Shown here in pieces: positions 28,020 to 42,662 of a stretch of DNA of 64,000 nt; the first letter of the stretch is position 1, and each line of letters opens with the position of its first letter. Location of the stretch: positions 1,054,001 to 1,118,000 of the forward strand of contig NC_092355.1 of assembly GCF_963676685.1 (NCBI RefSeq), read 5' to 3'. Origin of the DNA: Mytilus edulis (lineage: Eukaryota). Position numbers and translations under genes: made by a program. Under the pieces are notes generated by a model. It did not search any database and had not been told where the DNA came from. It saw only the letters and a list, made by a program, of their open reading frames with translations.

Positions 28020-30810
28020 TTGGAAAGGTGGTGGACAGAATATCAGTTAGAATTGAAATTTAACACAATACTCTTATCTTTCTCCGAGTATTAACGTTTG
28101 CGTTTCTCTGTGCAATAACTTCGAAAAAAATTCGCCTCAATACCATAATTGGTGTAACACTAGTGATTGGCAATAGCTTCACCGTGAATCTGAGTATTGC
28201 AAATAAAGCCTGATAACGTGTCTTTTAACATAACTCTAAATTATGCAACTTCCGATCGTTGGTGGACTGGCTATCTTTTAAAGCAGTTAGATCTGAGTAT
28301 AACAACTATGTTACAGAAGACAAATCATACTTTGTTATTCACATCTTTTGAATATATCAAAAATAATTATCAAAGTAAAGTTATGAGGTTATCAGTACAT
28401 TCTATATGACGTACGCTGCCCAGGCTTTTGACATATGAATAAGCAGAAATATTGGGATATATCAATGAGCGACACAAAATATTCAAATTAACTCAGGATT
28501 ACATTTTGTCTTTGCGACAGGCACGCGTTTCGTCTACACAAAACTCACCAGTGACGCTCTAATACAAACTATTTCTAAAGAAGCCAAATAAAACATGTCT
28601 CTGATTTGGTTTCCTATCTGATTCAGTCTGAAATATCCTTATAGTGCAATTCATCTGACAATCTTAAGGACGTTTCGACTTGAAGCCCATTGTTGTCAAA
28701 CTAGTTATTACGATCGAAACGCGAATTTTTAAAAAATTGGGATGCAAGTTTGTCTGAAAAAATATAAATAACGTCAACAAAACCACAACAAACACAAATC
28801 GGTGCTTACTTTTTTTCTCCAGTCTACATTATTTTAAAGCAGGACCCATTCGACACTTGGTGAGAAAAACAGCGCAAGTTTCATAAATATTAAACCTTCA
28901 AATGTGAATACACTACCTTATGTCAATGCATATAAGTCTACATAATATGCAGAACTGTTGTTTTTTACCTGTTCCTACATGTTTACTTCATAGATATAAA
29001 TATCAGAAATTGATCAAAACAAAGACATAAGTTTACATATCTATTTTAAGTAAGTACTTTTAATTATTCGTAGAAGATCTGTGAACTATAATATGGGTAG
29101 CTAACCTAAGTGAAAATGAAAATAATTATACTTGTAATTGATTAGAATCATCGTTCATTCATTATATTCAACTAATAAGTATTCATGAAAATATGTTATT
29201 AAACTTTTGAACTTATGGAAACACATAGATGACTATTAAATACGTATTTATCAATGTAACTGATGATTAGCCTCTGTTATGTTTTATTTCCATTCACGAG
29301 GTATGTAAGAAAGTACGGTGAAAAACACGGAAGTTCATTTCCAGAATTCAATAGTATATCTTAATGTTATAGAAAATTGATGGATTCATAAAACACAAGA
29401 GAAACATAAAAGTTTACTATGGCTATAAATTGTACAAGAACAAAAAGCTATCGGATTTATCATTGAATTCAAAAATAATAAAACATATACCATTGGTATC
29501 AGTATCGCAATTAAAAGAAAGCAGATACATAATAAATTATATAGTTTATTATCATGTAAATGAAACACTGAAGATATATGTTTTATTCGTTACTAGTAAC
29601 TATGCAACAACCATTAAAGCAACAGGTCATTCCTTTAATATGGCAGTGATTAAAACAATACATGTTCGTAATATAAACACGACAATAGTTGTATGATTAC
29701 GAATACATGTTCGTGATATAAACACGACATTAGTTATATGATTACGAATACATGTTCGTAATATAAACACGACAATAGTTGTGTATGATTACGAATACAT
29801 GTTCGTAATATAAACATGACAATAGTTGTATGATTACGAATAAGAGATATATCAGCACAAAACTAACTAATGACACAATAATAAACACCTCATCTAATGT
29901 ATATCTCCTGTTTACAACATTGGACGCTAAAGTCAAATAATATCTTTATTTTCCGATATATGATATAAAAACTGCTACTTTGTTTTTGTTGATTATTTTT
30001 ACACACCACAAATAAATAATGTCTTCATTGAGCAAAAACGATAGATGTAAAACAACAACATCAACAGCTCGCCACCTTCGGATTGAATATTTTCTATCTA
30101 GTGTCTGGTCATCTTTACATTCGTGTGTTTATATTTTTGTTTTTAAACCATAGTGTTGCTTGTAATTTCTTATTGATAAGCATCCCTTGATGATAAAGGT
30201 ACAACTGTAAGATATTACACGTAGGGATTTCATTTACCCGATGTATAAGAACAAATGTAACACAAGGTTCTTGTGGTTTAACTCCCTTCACTAAGTTTTA
30301 ACATTTTACCATCAAAATCACATTCAACATTAGTTAATGGCATACACGTCAAATAACTTGTTGTTAAGACCTGTCAAAGATAAAAGTGACAAAACAGTAA
30401 ATAATATGAATAATTCAAACTGTGTGTGTCGTATTGGTATTGTATTAGCACTACTATACGTATAAACATCATATTACAAAAATCAGAAAAGATTATAGAA
30501 CATTGTACTAGGCTCGAAGGAAGATACAATTTATGATGTCAATTACAGGATGTTTTTTTTTATCTGAATCAATAAAATGAAACTCAATTTGAATTGAGAA
30601 AACTAACTATCTTGGCAGCTAAAATAGTAGTACATTTTTGTATTGGGACCATGTTTTCTTTATGCCCTCTTCCTCTGTGTCATGGTGTTATTTCTGCATG
30701 TAAATTGGAAGTTTTACATATTTTAGCTTGAAAAATATCAATTCAACAAATATGCATAATAACGCTTTTGGTTATTTTTGCAGTTAGTATAAAAGGTTAA
30801 AATACATCGA
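28020..30810 (+). pseudogene. Degraded LRR ectodomain (TLR-like); paralogs at ~6640-9870, ~17500-20760, ~33720-34730, ~38050-41950
   Basis: LLKQLDLS (ORF 28197) and LSDLSLNSKIIKHIPLVSVSQL (ORF 29430). Paralog A gives LKLNLKTNYL and LRRCT-like ACKLKFLHKF..DC. Confidence 0.55.
29657..29840. repeat. ~45-bp tandem repeat, ~4 copies
   Basis: AATACATGTTCGTAATATAAACACGACAATAGTTGTATGATTACG repeated. Confidence 0.85.
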
Positions 30811-33800
30811 TGGAAATATTCCGAACCCAAATTGGATACAGATGATACAAAAATATTTTTTATTTAGAGTTACCCCATACATTAAAGTGTTAAATGTTGA
30901 AAACAAAAATTGATTACCAGCATCGAAAAAAAACCGGAATAAAACGTTTGCGCGGAAAAATTTCTGGCTCAGATAAATTAACAAACCCCCCCCCCCCTCC
31001 CTTTTTTTAAAGTTAAGTGGTTGCTTCTTTATAAAAGCCATTCTGATGATTTGCAGTAGTTTAAAAATAATAAAGATGTATCGATTAAGCATTAAATAAC
31101 GTAGGCTAAAGCAGCGTGCTTACAGGCGAAGAATATATATTTTTATTATCATAAATTCAATGCATTACATCGGTACATAGATTGAAGGAGAAGAAGGAAT
31201 GATATATTAGGGATCACTATATTCCTATCTTTTCTGTTTGTTTCAAATGGTATTTCTTCTCCAAGGAGTATTTGGCAAAGTGGGTAATGTTTTATTTAGT
31301 TTTAAGGGTAATTTAACGATTCCGAGATACATGTACTAGACAAACAATACATTTACATCACACTTTTGAAGTAATGCATTTATGATTGAATTGTTGTTTG
31401 AGTAAAGACCAGTGGCAAACATTTCTGTGCAAGTCAAGTCGATTCGGAAAAGCCTTAATTTTCAAATGAATTATGTGTTTGGCAAGATGCTGCTTTGAGT
31501 CTTGATAAGGGCTAAATAATGCTACGTTAAGTGTTAATAATTGTTATAAATATCAATTTTATTCAAAAAGTGTTTCTTCCTTAAATATACACGGTGGAAC
31601 TAATGTTTTAAAGTCCTAGTTTTGGGTACACTTAATCTACACAAGGCCTACATCGAGTATCGACTGCATGTAGACAAAACATGTTTTACACTTCATGTAA
31701 ACATTGAATGTTATCAATGGGAACGTAATTTTGTTTAGTTAACGTGTGAGTTACACTTACACAACACCGAGTTTAGGTGAATGTGAACCCAGCCTAACTT
31801 GAATGAGGGATTGACTGACATGCTTTGACGAAGAGATATGTATTGTCATATTTAACATTTATACGATGTTCTTTTATATTATAAGAAAATTTTGCAATTT
31901 TAAATTGCCCTATGTTGTACAAACATGCATCATCACAAACAATTATTCGATTTATATTTTGTTAACACAAATACATTATAACATTCCAAAACATATACAT
32001 GAATGTTGCAAGTTGTCATAAAAAAAAGAAATTATAAGGAAACCTAAAGATCGTTTAAAGTTTCAGTAAAGGATATCAGCCGATAACAGCATGTGACATT
32101 AGAACTATCCAAATTATATGAATGACATTTCAAATTAAATAATGAAATCGAACTCATAGTAAAATTTAAAAAAAAAAACGAAAGTCCATAAAAACTTACA
32201 AGTAACACGCTATCAACCAATAGGACGAGAGGAAAATATATTTCATATACCTCACTCGGCACAATAATTTTCAAAAAAAAAATACTGGCTTTTTTAAAGT
32301 AACGTCATCAAACACTTGTACCAAGTAGAATTTTATTTACTGTTCATAAGGACAACATTTCATCGTGAAATTCACCTAAAGAAATAACCATTGTTGTTTC
32401 AAACACACAAATCGTGTCTAACGAAAATAAAATACTAATAATATAACCATTTTCACCAATGCAAACACGACAAACAAAAACAAAACTTTGAAAAGTAAAT
32501 TGTTTCAGATGCATGAAATCAGATGGAGATTTAAAATAGTGTATCCAAACAGAAATCATTCTAATGCAAGCTCTTACAAAAAGGAAGCATATAGAAATGA
32601 GAAATTCATAATTCATAATTCGATGGTAACTTACAAAAAAAATTAAAATGGAAACATTTCATTTTAACCGATTTGATACAAATTTGCATACTTCATCTAT
32701 AGCATACTTCAACGTTCATCCAAATTATAAAAACAAGTATAGAAGGCATGAGATCGATAATATATATAAACGTTTCGTGTGTTTTTTTAGTGAAGACGCC
32801 AGCGATATAAACATAAATATAGACATAGAAATATAGTGAACTCGTGCAATATTTGTACGTATGTTTCATTTCTTGTTAAAGTTGAAAGTATAGTGTACGT
32901 ACTAGTTTTTAATCAAATAATAACTTGTAAAGAAATATATCTGTAATAGATAAGTGGTGTCACATCTTTAGTTGTGTCATGGGAGGTTTTACTTCAGATA
33001 ACTATGTTATATTCACATAACATGTTATTAGTAATATACTAACTAACATTGTATTGAATTTCGTTAGAAAATTTGGCAATTAACACGAATTAAAAACAAA
33101 AAAGAAATTTCTTCAGTTTAATCAATTTCAAACGATTTCACGGACGATGTCCATTATGCTATGATATCTAATTTCGCGTTTTATTTCATGTGCGTTACCT
33201 TTACCTCTTGGTTCTGACTTTAACATTTTTAAGTGAGCTCATGAATCCTTTCACAAATAAGTCAAATATAAGTATTGGTAAACATGTATCAGTTTAGAAC
33301 TGTCTATGTCTGCATCACAATATCAAGTGATCTCTACATCTCATTAACTAAAGTTAACAAAGATGATCAACAAACATCTTGTATTTTGCTTCATATAACA
33401 ATGATTTGGATTGAATTGCTAACATTTCTGTAATCCTATAACACTTACACTTACTAGTTTTTGGTGGGATTCCTGTTGTATATTTTTCTATGTTGTGTCA
33501 TGTGTACTATTGTTTTATTTGTTTGTCTTTTCATTTTTAGTAATGGCGTTGTCAGTTTATCTTCGATTTATGAGTTTGATTGTCCCTCTGGTATCTTTCG
33601 TCCCTCTATTACAAACAACACATATTCATACGAACGATATGGCAAAAATGCTAGCAGATAAAATAAAGATTGCCAAGAGCAAATCGTACATTAAGTTTGT
33701 TAGTACAGTATTTAGGTGGTGGACAGAATATCAGTTATAATTAAAACTTAACACAATGTTCTTATCTCTTCTCACAGTATTAACGTTTGCGTTTCTCTGT

Positions 33801-34939
33801 GCAACAATTTCGTAGATAAATTCGCCTCAATACCATAGTTGTTGTTACATTTATTTAGTGATTGACATTAACTTCACCGTAAATTCTGATCATTGCAAAT
33901 AAAACCAGCTAATGTGTCTTTCAACAAATATATGCAACTTCCGATACACTGGTGGACTTGCTATTTATTAAAGTAAGCTACACACAGGCTTCACATTAAC
34001 TCAACATAAACACCAGAATTACATTTTGTCTTTGCGACAGACACGCATTACGTCTACAAACGACTCACTAGTTACCTTCTAATAAAAACAAATTCTAAAA
34101 AAGCCCAATAACACATGTGTCCGATTTATTTTCTTATCAGATTCAGTCTGAAATATCTATATGTTGCATTCTATTTAACAAAATTAGTTAGATTTTAATT
34201 TCATTATTATCAAACAAGTTATATTAGTCGAAACGAGAATTTTGGAAACATTGCGAACTTTATCAATTAAATATCAAAAACATCAAACATATTACCATGA
34301 ACACAAATTGGTGCTTTACTTATGTCCCTGTTTACATTAATTTACAGCAGACAGGACTCATTTAACAATGGCTGAGGGAAAAAAAACTTTAGCTTAACAG
34401 ATGTTTAACCCTTGAATGTGAATACACAACCATTTTAAATACATATATGTATGCATACATGTAAAATGAATAACTGTTCATTAAAAAAAACAATACCTAT
34501 ATAATTGACCAACCAGAAACATAAACTAACAATTTTGATCTAAACTATGTACCTTTAATTATTCCTAGAAGTTTTGTGAACTATGAAATGCGTAGCTAAC
34601 CTAAGTGAAAATGAAAATAATTGTACTTGTCATTAACCATAATCATCGTTCTTCCATTACATTCAACTGTATGGTATTCTTGAAAAATATGCTGTTAAAC
34701 TATTGAACTTATGGAGAAACATAGATGTTAAAACATCAGTGAATACTTTCTCCTGATTAAATAAACGATAATTGAACATTTTCACAAAATACTAATTAGT
34801 TTGTTTTACAATTAATATTTTCACCATTTTGACACTTGGTCTGCATAGATTAAACTGTATCTTTTTACTATATAATTAGGGGAGAAATTCACAGTTAATA
34901 TGTTGATTGAAACAAAAAAAAATATATATGTTTATAATA

Positions 34940-35147
34940 CAGTAATTGTACTTATTTTCCCGATGTATTTATTTTCACGAATTTCGCGGTTGGTTTATTT
35001 TCGCGAAAAAAAAAATACACGCGAATCTTAATAAAACCTTTCAACTGAAAGGCAATAATTATAAAACCGCGAAAATAAATACCCGCGAACGTGTTTGAAA
35101 TATCCCATTCGCGAAAATAAGTACCCGCGAAAAAAGTACAAGTACAG
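34940..35147. mobile_element. TA-target MITE
   Basis: TA-CAGTAATTGTACTT...AAGTACAAGTACAG-TA with internal TTTCGCG/CGCGAAA repeats. Confidence 0.75.
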
Positions 35148-36509
35148 TAAGTATTTAACTTTATCTATAAAATTATGTTTAGAGACAACACAGAGATGAA
35201 TTATAACTTAAAATTTTAATTTAAGAATAGAAGCGAAATTAAATTTGAATAGGTTTCGTGAAATAGTAGGGTGTTCATAAATATAATAGGAAAATTTAAT
35301 CGGAGTGTCCCTAATCATTTGGCAAAATCAGATGACAAAACACATCGAACGAATGGACAATATCTGTCATATTCAAAGGTCTGTTTTCTTATAGTTTCTT
35401 TCTTTGTAAAGTAATTGTACATATGGATATGTATGATGCAAAGGTTTTATATCAAAGACATTTTCACGTAATATGTTATTACTTAAGTCAGAAACATTTG
35501 ACTACTTTTATTATCAGTATGAATGATTGAAAGTCATATTGACAGGTATACATCAAGTAGTCTACTAGTGTTTTTAAGATAAATCCATTTAATAATCATG
35601 ATATTAGAACATAATATCAGCAGGATAACTGGGAGTATGGATCAATTGACATGATTCTGATATTGAGATATGTATTGACACAGTAAACAGTTTTGCCTGG
35701 TAGTATTTTGTGTATTTTAGTAAAACAATTTTTGCATTCTTAAGTGAGTTGTGTTTTTTTAAACACAATTAAAGCTTCATTTAAAATTATTGTGGCTTGT
35801 TATAATAAACTTCAGAAGTCCAAGCTCCTTCTGATGTTCCCTGTTATATTCTACTAATCACTCAGGGGAGCAATTAGTTGTAGAATACATTGTACACGTA
35901 CATGTTTACATCAAATATATATCAAATAATATCACTTTTAAAATATGACAATTCATATGATTTCTAATAGTTGATAAAACATTGCTTTAAATTGTCAAAC
36001 ATACTCTCTTGAACGTATTAAGAAACATTGAGAAAACATTGACCTTTTTTTTTCTTTTGATCAATTATGCAATTGGCTACGTAAATAGAAAAAAAAACAA
36101 TTAAGTCGTTTAGTTAAGCCTTTTTCATCTGATTTTTATAGTTAGTTCTTATGTTGTACTGTTATACCACTGTCCAAGGTTAGGGGTTGGTTGGTATCCC
36201 ACTAGCATGTTTAACCTCGCCACATTATGTATTTATGTGCCTGTTCAAAGTCAGAAGCCTGTAATTCTGTCGTTGTATTTTGTTTATGTGTTATATATTT
36301 AAAAATATAAAAATAAGAATTAGGCCGTTAGTTTTCTCGTTTGAATTGTTTTACATTCGCTCAGGGGCCTTTTATAGCTGACTATTCGGTATGGGCTTTG
36401 CTCATTGTTGATGGCAGAACGGTGACCTATAGTTGTTAATTTCTGTGTCATGTTGGTCTCTTGTGGAGAGTTGTCTCTTTGGCACTCATACCACATCTTC
36501 TTTTTTATA

Positions 36510-37380
36510 ATTATTAAAAAATAGCTCAAGTCAAAATATTCTTCGTCCAAAGTTTTATATCCAAAAACCAAGTGTCTTAGTTTTATCTTAAAATGTATTT
36601 CACTATTCTTAAAAACTTCATTCATTGTATTCCAAACATGTTTTAAATACGGACACAGTATGAAGAAGTGATAATAATATTTTTCTTGTGTACAAAACTT
36701 ACAAAAAATATTGTTTACAATTTTCCACCTGCATAAAAGTTTCTTTGTAGGTAGAATATGTTGTAGTAATTTCCATCTAAAAATTCTAAGTTGATTTTCT
36801 TTGAAATATTGGAATAACAATTTATATAAATTGTTTTGATATAACACATAACCTATATCAAATATACGCAGCCATGTTTAGAGTCCAATTGCTGGTTAAA
36901 ATTTTCTATTTATCAGATACTTATATACAAGTTTCTTTTATATTGAGATTACTTTTTACAGAACTTTTTGATTTTAAGATTGCTGCCCAGTCTTTTGGTA
37001 TTGATTTCTTAACAAAATTAATTTCAGCTATCCAGCTTGATTCCTTTTAGCATATTTAAAATGATGTCTTGGGAAATAAAACCTTTTTCATCTACGATAT
37101 CATTTACATAAATAACATCGCTGTTAATCCAATTTAACACAAAAACAGCTTTATTTTCAAATCCAATTAATAATATTTGGTTTCTTATGTATGTAAATGT
37201 TTCTGTCTTTGTTTTCGTTAGACCTCCACCAGTTAATTTCCAACAGTAAATGATATCTTTATTAAAATCTGGAATGTTCTTAAGGCGTTCGTCTGGCTTA
37301 TCCCCACTGTTTGTTTGAAACACTAACCAGTTAGACCCAAAATTATAAAAATAGTGTTAAGTGCTTTTCTTATTCTTTTG
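36510..37380 (-). pseudogene. 3' fragment of an L1/Tx1-type LINE ORF2 (zf-RVT region)
   Basis: LRIFRWKLLQHILPTKKLL..CKFC..HFFILC..VW, plus an upstream WINSDVIYVNDI segment; frameshifted. Confidence 0.8.
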
Positions 37381-38403
37381 TGATTTGGTTACATACTCCA
37401 ACAAATGCTTTCCCGACATTTATTTATTTGGGCAATGTGAACCAATCCAAATACTGGCTGTGATTGCAGGCGTTTCATAGACACTCATGTAGCGTGACAT
37501 ATTGTCTGATATACGAAGACTTATAACAACACTGCAGATTACAATACGACTTTTAACACTTATTGGTTAAAAAATGCCAACAGCAACACACTAGAATTCA
37601 TTCGTCATGATGTGAGATGTCAATCGTTGAGAACAGATTGTGTTTCAAGATAGAAACTTCACCATGACATGGTTTGCTTTTATTCACAATATGTACAAAT
37701 GTTAGATGTTTTGCAATGATGATAAACTAATTTCCGAGCATTACGATTATACACACAACCATATTTTGGTCCTCAATGCTCTTCAACTTCGTACTTTATT
37801 TGGCCTTTTTTTACTTTTTTGGATTCGAGCGTCAAAGATGAGTCTTTTGTAGACGAAACGCGCGTCTGGCGTATATACCAAATTTAGTCCTGGTATCTAT
37901 GATGTGTATGTTTATAATAGTATTAATTGATTACAGATACGAATCAAAGCAGCACATTCAAATTCCTAAAATCACTTGAATTCCAAATAAGGCAACTTCA
38001 ATATTGTTCTTATTTGTGTTTACATATATGGTTGCTGATATTAGTGTTTGTACAGAATTTAGGAAAAGTGGTTAACAAAATATCAGTTAGAACTGAAAAT
38101 AGATAAAATGTCATTATCTTTTCTCCGAGTATTAACATTTGAGGCTCTCTGTGCAATAGCCTCCAAAATCTAAAATTAATTCGTCTCAGGACCATAATTG
38201 GTGATTAGAAAGTGAGTTTCATACACTGAACCGTCAAACCCCATAAATACAAATAAGACATGATGTGTTCGTTAATTGCGTATAATGGATGAACGATACA
38301 CCGGTGGACCCGCTATCTATTAAACCAATTCGATCTGAGAAAAGCGAAACAAAGGTCTTCAATATAAATAACGTAAACACATATCATAACAAACACAAAT
38401 TGG

Positions 38404-39153
38404 TGCTTACTTTAATGCTCGAGTTTACATTACTTTCCAGCAGGACTCACTGCTTACTTTAATGCTCGAGTTTACATTACTTTCCAGCAGGACTCACTGC
38501 TTACTTTAATGCTCGAGTTTATATTACTTTCCAGCAGGACTCACTGCTTTCTTTAATGCTCGAGTTTATATTACTTTCCAGCAGGACTCACTGCTTACTT
38601 TAATGCTCGAGTTTACATTACTTTCCAGCAGGACTCACTGCTTACTTTAATGCTCGAGTTTATATTACTTTCCAGCAGGACTCACTGCTCACTGTAATGC
38701 TCGAGTTTATATTACTTTCCAGCAGGACTCACTGCTTACTTTAATGCTCGAGTTTACATTACTTTCCAGCAGGACTCACTGCTTACTTTAATGCTCGAGT
38801 TTACATTACTTTCCAGCAGGACTCACTGCTTACTTTAATGCTCGAGTTTACATTACTTTCCAGCAGGACTCACTGCTTACTTTAATGCTCGAGTTTACAT
38901 TACTTTCCAGCAGGACTCACTGCTTACTTTAATGCTCGAGTTTACATTACTTTCCAGCAGGACTCACTGCTTACTTTAATGCTCGAGTTTACATTACTTT
39001 CCAGCAGGACTCACTGCTTACTTTAATGCTCGAGTTTACATTACTTTCCAGCAGGACTCACTGCTTACTTTAATGCTCGAGTTTACATTACTTTCCAGCA
39101 GGACTCACTGCTTACTTTAATGCTCGAGTTTACATTACCTTCCAGCAGGACTC
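38404..39153. repeat. 47-bp minisatellite, ~16 copies
   Basis: Unit TGCTTACTTTAATGCTCGAGTTTACATTACTTTCCAGCAGGACTCAC. Confidence 0.97.
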
Positions 39154-39216
39154 TTTCGACACTGCGTAAATATGAACCTTTATCTAAAAAAAATGTTACA
39201 CCTTCAAATATGAGTA

Positions 39217-39413
39217 CTGTGGATTCATTTACTTTCGTGGGTACCAATTTTCGTGGATTCAGAAAAACTTGCATATTCATGGATATTTAATTTCGTGGTT
39301 TTGCTGAAGTCTGCATACAAACCTATAGAAAAATTATCATTCGTTGAATATTTAATTTCGTGCCCACGAAATCCACGAAAATTGGTATCGAACGAATTAT
39401 AATGAATCCACAG
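39217..39413. mobile_element. TA-target MITE
   Basis: TA-CTGTGGATTCATT...AATGAATCCACAG-TA with internal TTTCGTGG/CCACGAAA repeats. Confidence 0.85.
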
Positions 39414-41033
39414 TATACAACTGTTTGTAAAATTTCTCTGCATAACATGGAGAACTCTTAATTAAATTAAACTGACATATTTGAACATATTTACTACATA
39501 GATATACATATCAGCAATTAATCAAAACAAAGACATAAACTTACATATTTATTATAAGTAAGTACTTTAAATTATTCGTAGAAGTTCTGTGAACTATAAG
39601 ATGGGTATCTAGCATACATGAAAATAGTTATTCTTGTCATTGATTATAATCATCGTTCAACCATTATATTCAACTGAATGGTATTCTGGAAAAAAAATAT
39701 GTTGTTTAAACTTTTGAACGTATGGAGAAATACACATGACTTTTCGATAAGTATCTATCGATATAATTGATGATTAGCCGCTGTTTTGTACTATATTCAT
39801 TGACAATGTATGTAAGAAAGTACAGTGAATAGCATAGAAGTTAACTTCAAAAATTCAATAGGATAATTCAATGTTATAGAAAACAGATGGATCTATAAAA
39901 ACACAATGGAAACACAAACCTTACTATGAATATGAATTGAACAAGAACATAAAACTATCGGATTTTGCATTAAGCATTCGAGTATTATACAGATAAAATA
40001 TAAAACATTGGTGTCAGTTCGGCAATTAAGGCAACCATGATATACCGCTGTTCAAAACATAAAGTTAGCTATCATGTTAATGACACTCTGCAGATATATG
40101 ATTTTATTTTTCATTACTAGCAACTATAATTAGACCATGAATACAATATTTCATAAATTTTCACTTTGGTAGTGGTCGTAATATCAACAAGATTTTGGTC
40201 AAGACATTCGTTTGATGTGTTTGAGCTTTTGATACACGTGTAATTACGTTTTAGTTGAGACTGTCCTATTTGAACTCCTCGGTGTTCAGTATTTTTTGTG
40301 ATTTTAATTGAAGTCACCGTTCCAGATCTGATGGCATTACCTATAATGTGTGTCTTTTTTTTTGTTTTTGTTTTTGTTTGTTTGTTTGGGGGGGGAGGGG
40401 TATACGATTGTTCGATGTGTTTGAGTTTTTAATACATGTGTATTTATCTTTCAGTGGAGACTTTCCTTTTTGAACGCAACGGAGTTCAGTATGTTTTTGA
40501 CATTTTACTTTAAGATACCGTTCCAGATCTAATAGAATTAACGGATATGTGTGTGTACGCAAGCCACTGGAATGTTTTTGTCAACATTTGCAACTCGTTT
40601 TCATTTAGACGGTAACTGTAAAAATTTCTTCACTTACTTTGTCCATATCGCACATGTGAATTTGTTTATAGCCCTCATTTAAAATCTGAGATATTTTCAT
40701 TTATATTGTATTGATATTCGGAAAAGCTCTTTGAAAATGTGTCATAATATATGACTTTTCTATACAATCTTTTTGTTGTACATTTATTTCTTAATGTGAT
40801 AAGTATGTCCCTAGTATGTACACCTTTATGCAATGGTCTTCCAGCAAGCTATACGATTATTTGTTCATATTTTCATCTTTTGACCAGGGTTTTGTCTGTA
40901 TTTGTATTTATACTATTCACTTGATAATAAGGTAATATAACTAGGAAATTAATATGATTTAAATCTCTCTCACAACTGTAATAATTTTAAACAGTGACGT
41001 GACTTACATTTCAAATGTACCTACAACTCTTTA

Positions 41034-41314
41034 GGAGATAACTGTAGTGTATTTTAAGCTCCGACGGCATCAATTGAGGATTTGATGGTCGCAAATTAAG
41101 TTTACTGGCGACGCGTCGGAGCTCAAAATACAATATTGTTATCTCCATTCTAATGAAACTGACAGAAAACAACGTTAAAACATGTATTTAAAATCTGCCA
41201 TATGCCGTCTGCGCTTGCGCGTACGTCCCATAGCATCAATTGTCAATTGATGCCATGTAAGAAAGTGACGTTATCCAATCAAAATGAACATTACAAACGT
41301 TGTTGCATTAGAAT
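41034..41314. mobile_element. Small non-coding element made of two adjacent inverted-repeat pairs
   Basis: 41034-41066 pairs with 41114-41146; 41147-41159 pairs with 41302-41314. Confidence 0.55.
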
Positions 41315-42662
41315 ATCTTATCACTAGAAAAAAACTTTTCCTGTTGAAATACTAGTGTCAAATAATACACGGAAACAGTTCATTCACAAAGATGAATAAA
41401 GAAAAAATGTTTTACAATGTTATTGTTGTTTAAATCCGTTCAATAAATTATACCAATATTCCATGATATTTTATCTAAAATTAGCTAATGGCAAATACGT
41501 AAAATCACTTGATGTTAAAATATGTCAAAGATAAATGAGATAAATCAGTAACTACTATCAATAATGCAAACCGCTTTTTTTTTGTTCTGTTCTCATAGCT
41601 ACTTTATACATATATATATAATTCGTATCTTATGAAAATCAGAAAAAGATTGTAGAACGTCAAATTAAGCTTGAAGGAAGATATAATTTATGATTGCAAT
41701 CAACAAAAACACATTCAAATTGATTTGGAAAACCTATTATCTTATAAGGTGAAATAGCAGTAAACTTTGTATTAGGAAAATGACTTATTGATGCCCTATT
41801 CCTCGTTGTGTAATTTCTGCATCATTATTTTATTGAACGTTTTACATAAATTTAAGACGAAAAACAATTCAACAAATATAAATTTTTTGACTGTTGACAA
41901 TTTCTGAAGTCAGTTTGAAAGGTTAAAATACATAATGGTTAGTATACATCAAATAGTTAACTAGATTATTTAAGAGAAATCTATTTAAAAATAAACAAAC
42001 ATAAGTAGAATAACTTGAAGTATGGATTGATTGACATGAATAGATGAAGAGATTTGCATTTTTAACATTGTTATTCAATTGTTAGTTCATATTTAAGTAA
42101 TATTTCGATATTCAAGTTGCACTGCGTTTTACAGGCATGTATCATAATAATATACTATTATATAATTTATTTTTTGTATTACAGACATATGTAAACATTA
42201 CAGTCCAATACATTCATTTTTCATCAAACGAAATAAAAAGAAGCATACAGAGCTTATGCGAATAGGTTAGATTTTTTAACAGATGCATGCATAGACACTA
42301 TTTCATGTTTTGAAAATTATTGTTAAGTTTCTGTTTGAATTTTTTAAAAAAATGTTTAAAGAAGGATAAACTTCAATAATTGCAAATATCAACTAAAATT
42401 GTTTTAATGAATTATAGAAATATTTACCTAATCAAATACACATTTTCAAAATGACAACGTTTTGTTTTACACCTTATTAGAATGAAATTTGAACCGAAAT
42501 AATATGACGAACTCAAAGGTAAAACATACAAAAGAAGACCCGAAAGTCCTTAAAACCAGAGAAATCAAACGTTATTAACTAATAGAATGAATTGAAAACA
42601 TCTTGATATTCCTGAATCAGTACCATAATTTTCCGTTAATTATGTTTTACCGTAGTAAAATC

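Noticed and set aside
38404-39153. CRISPR-like array
   Set aside because: Contiguous tandem units with no unique spacers, no cas genes, and a eukaryotic context.
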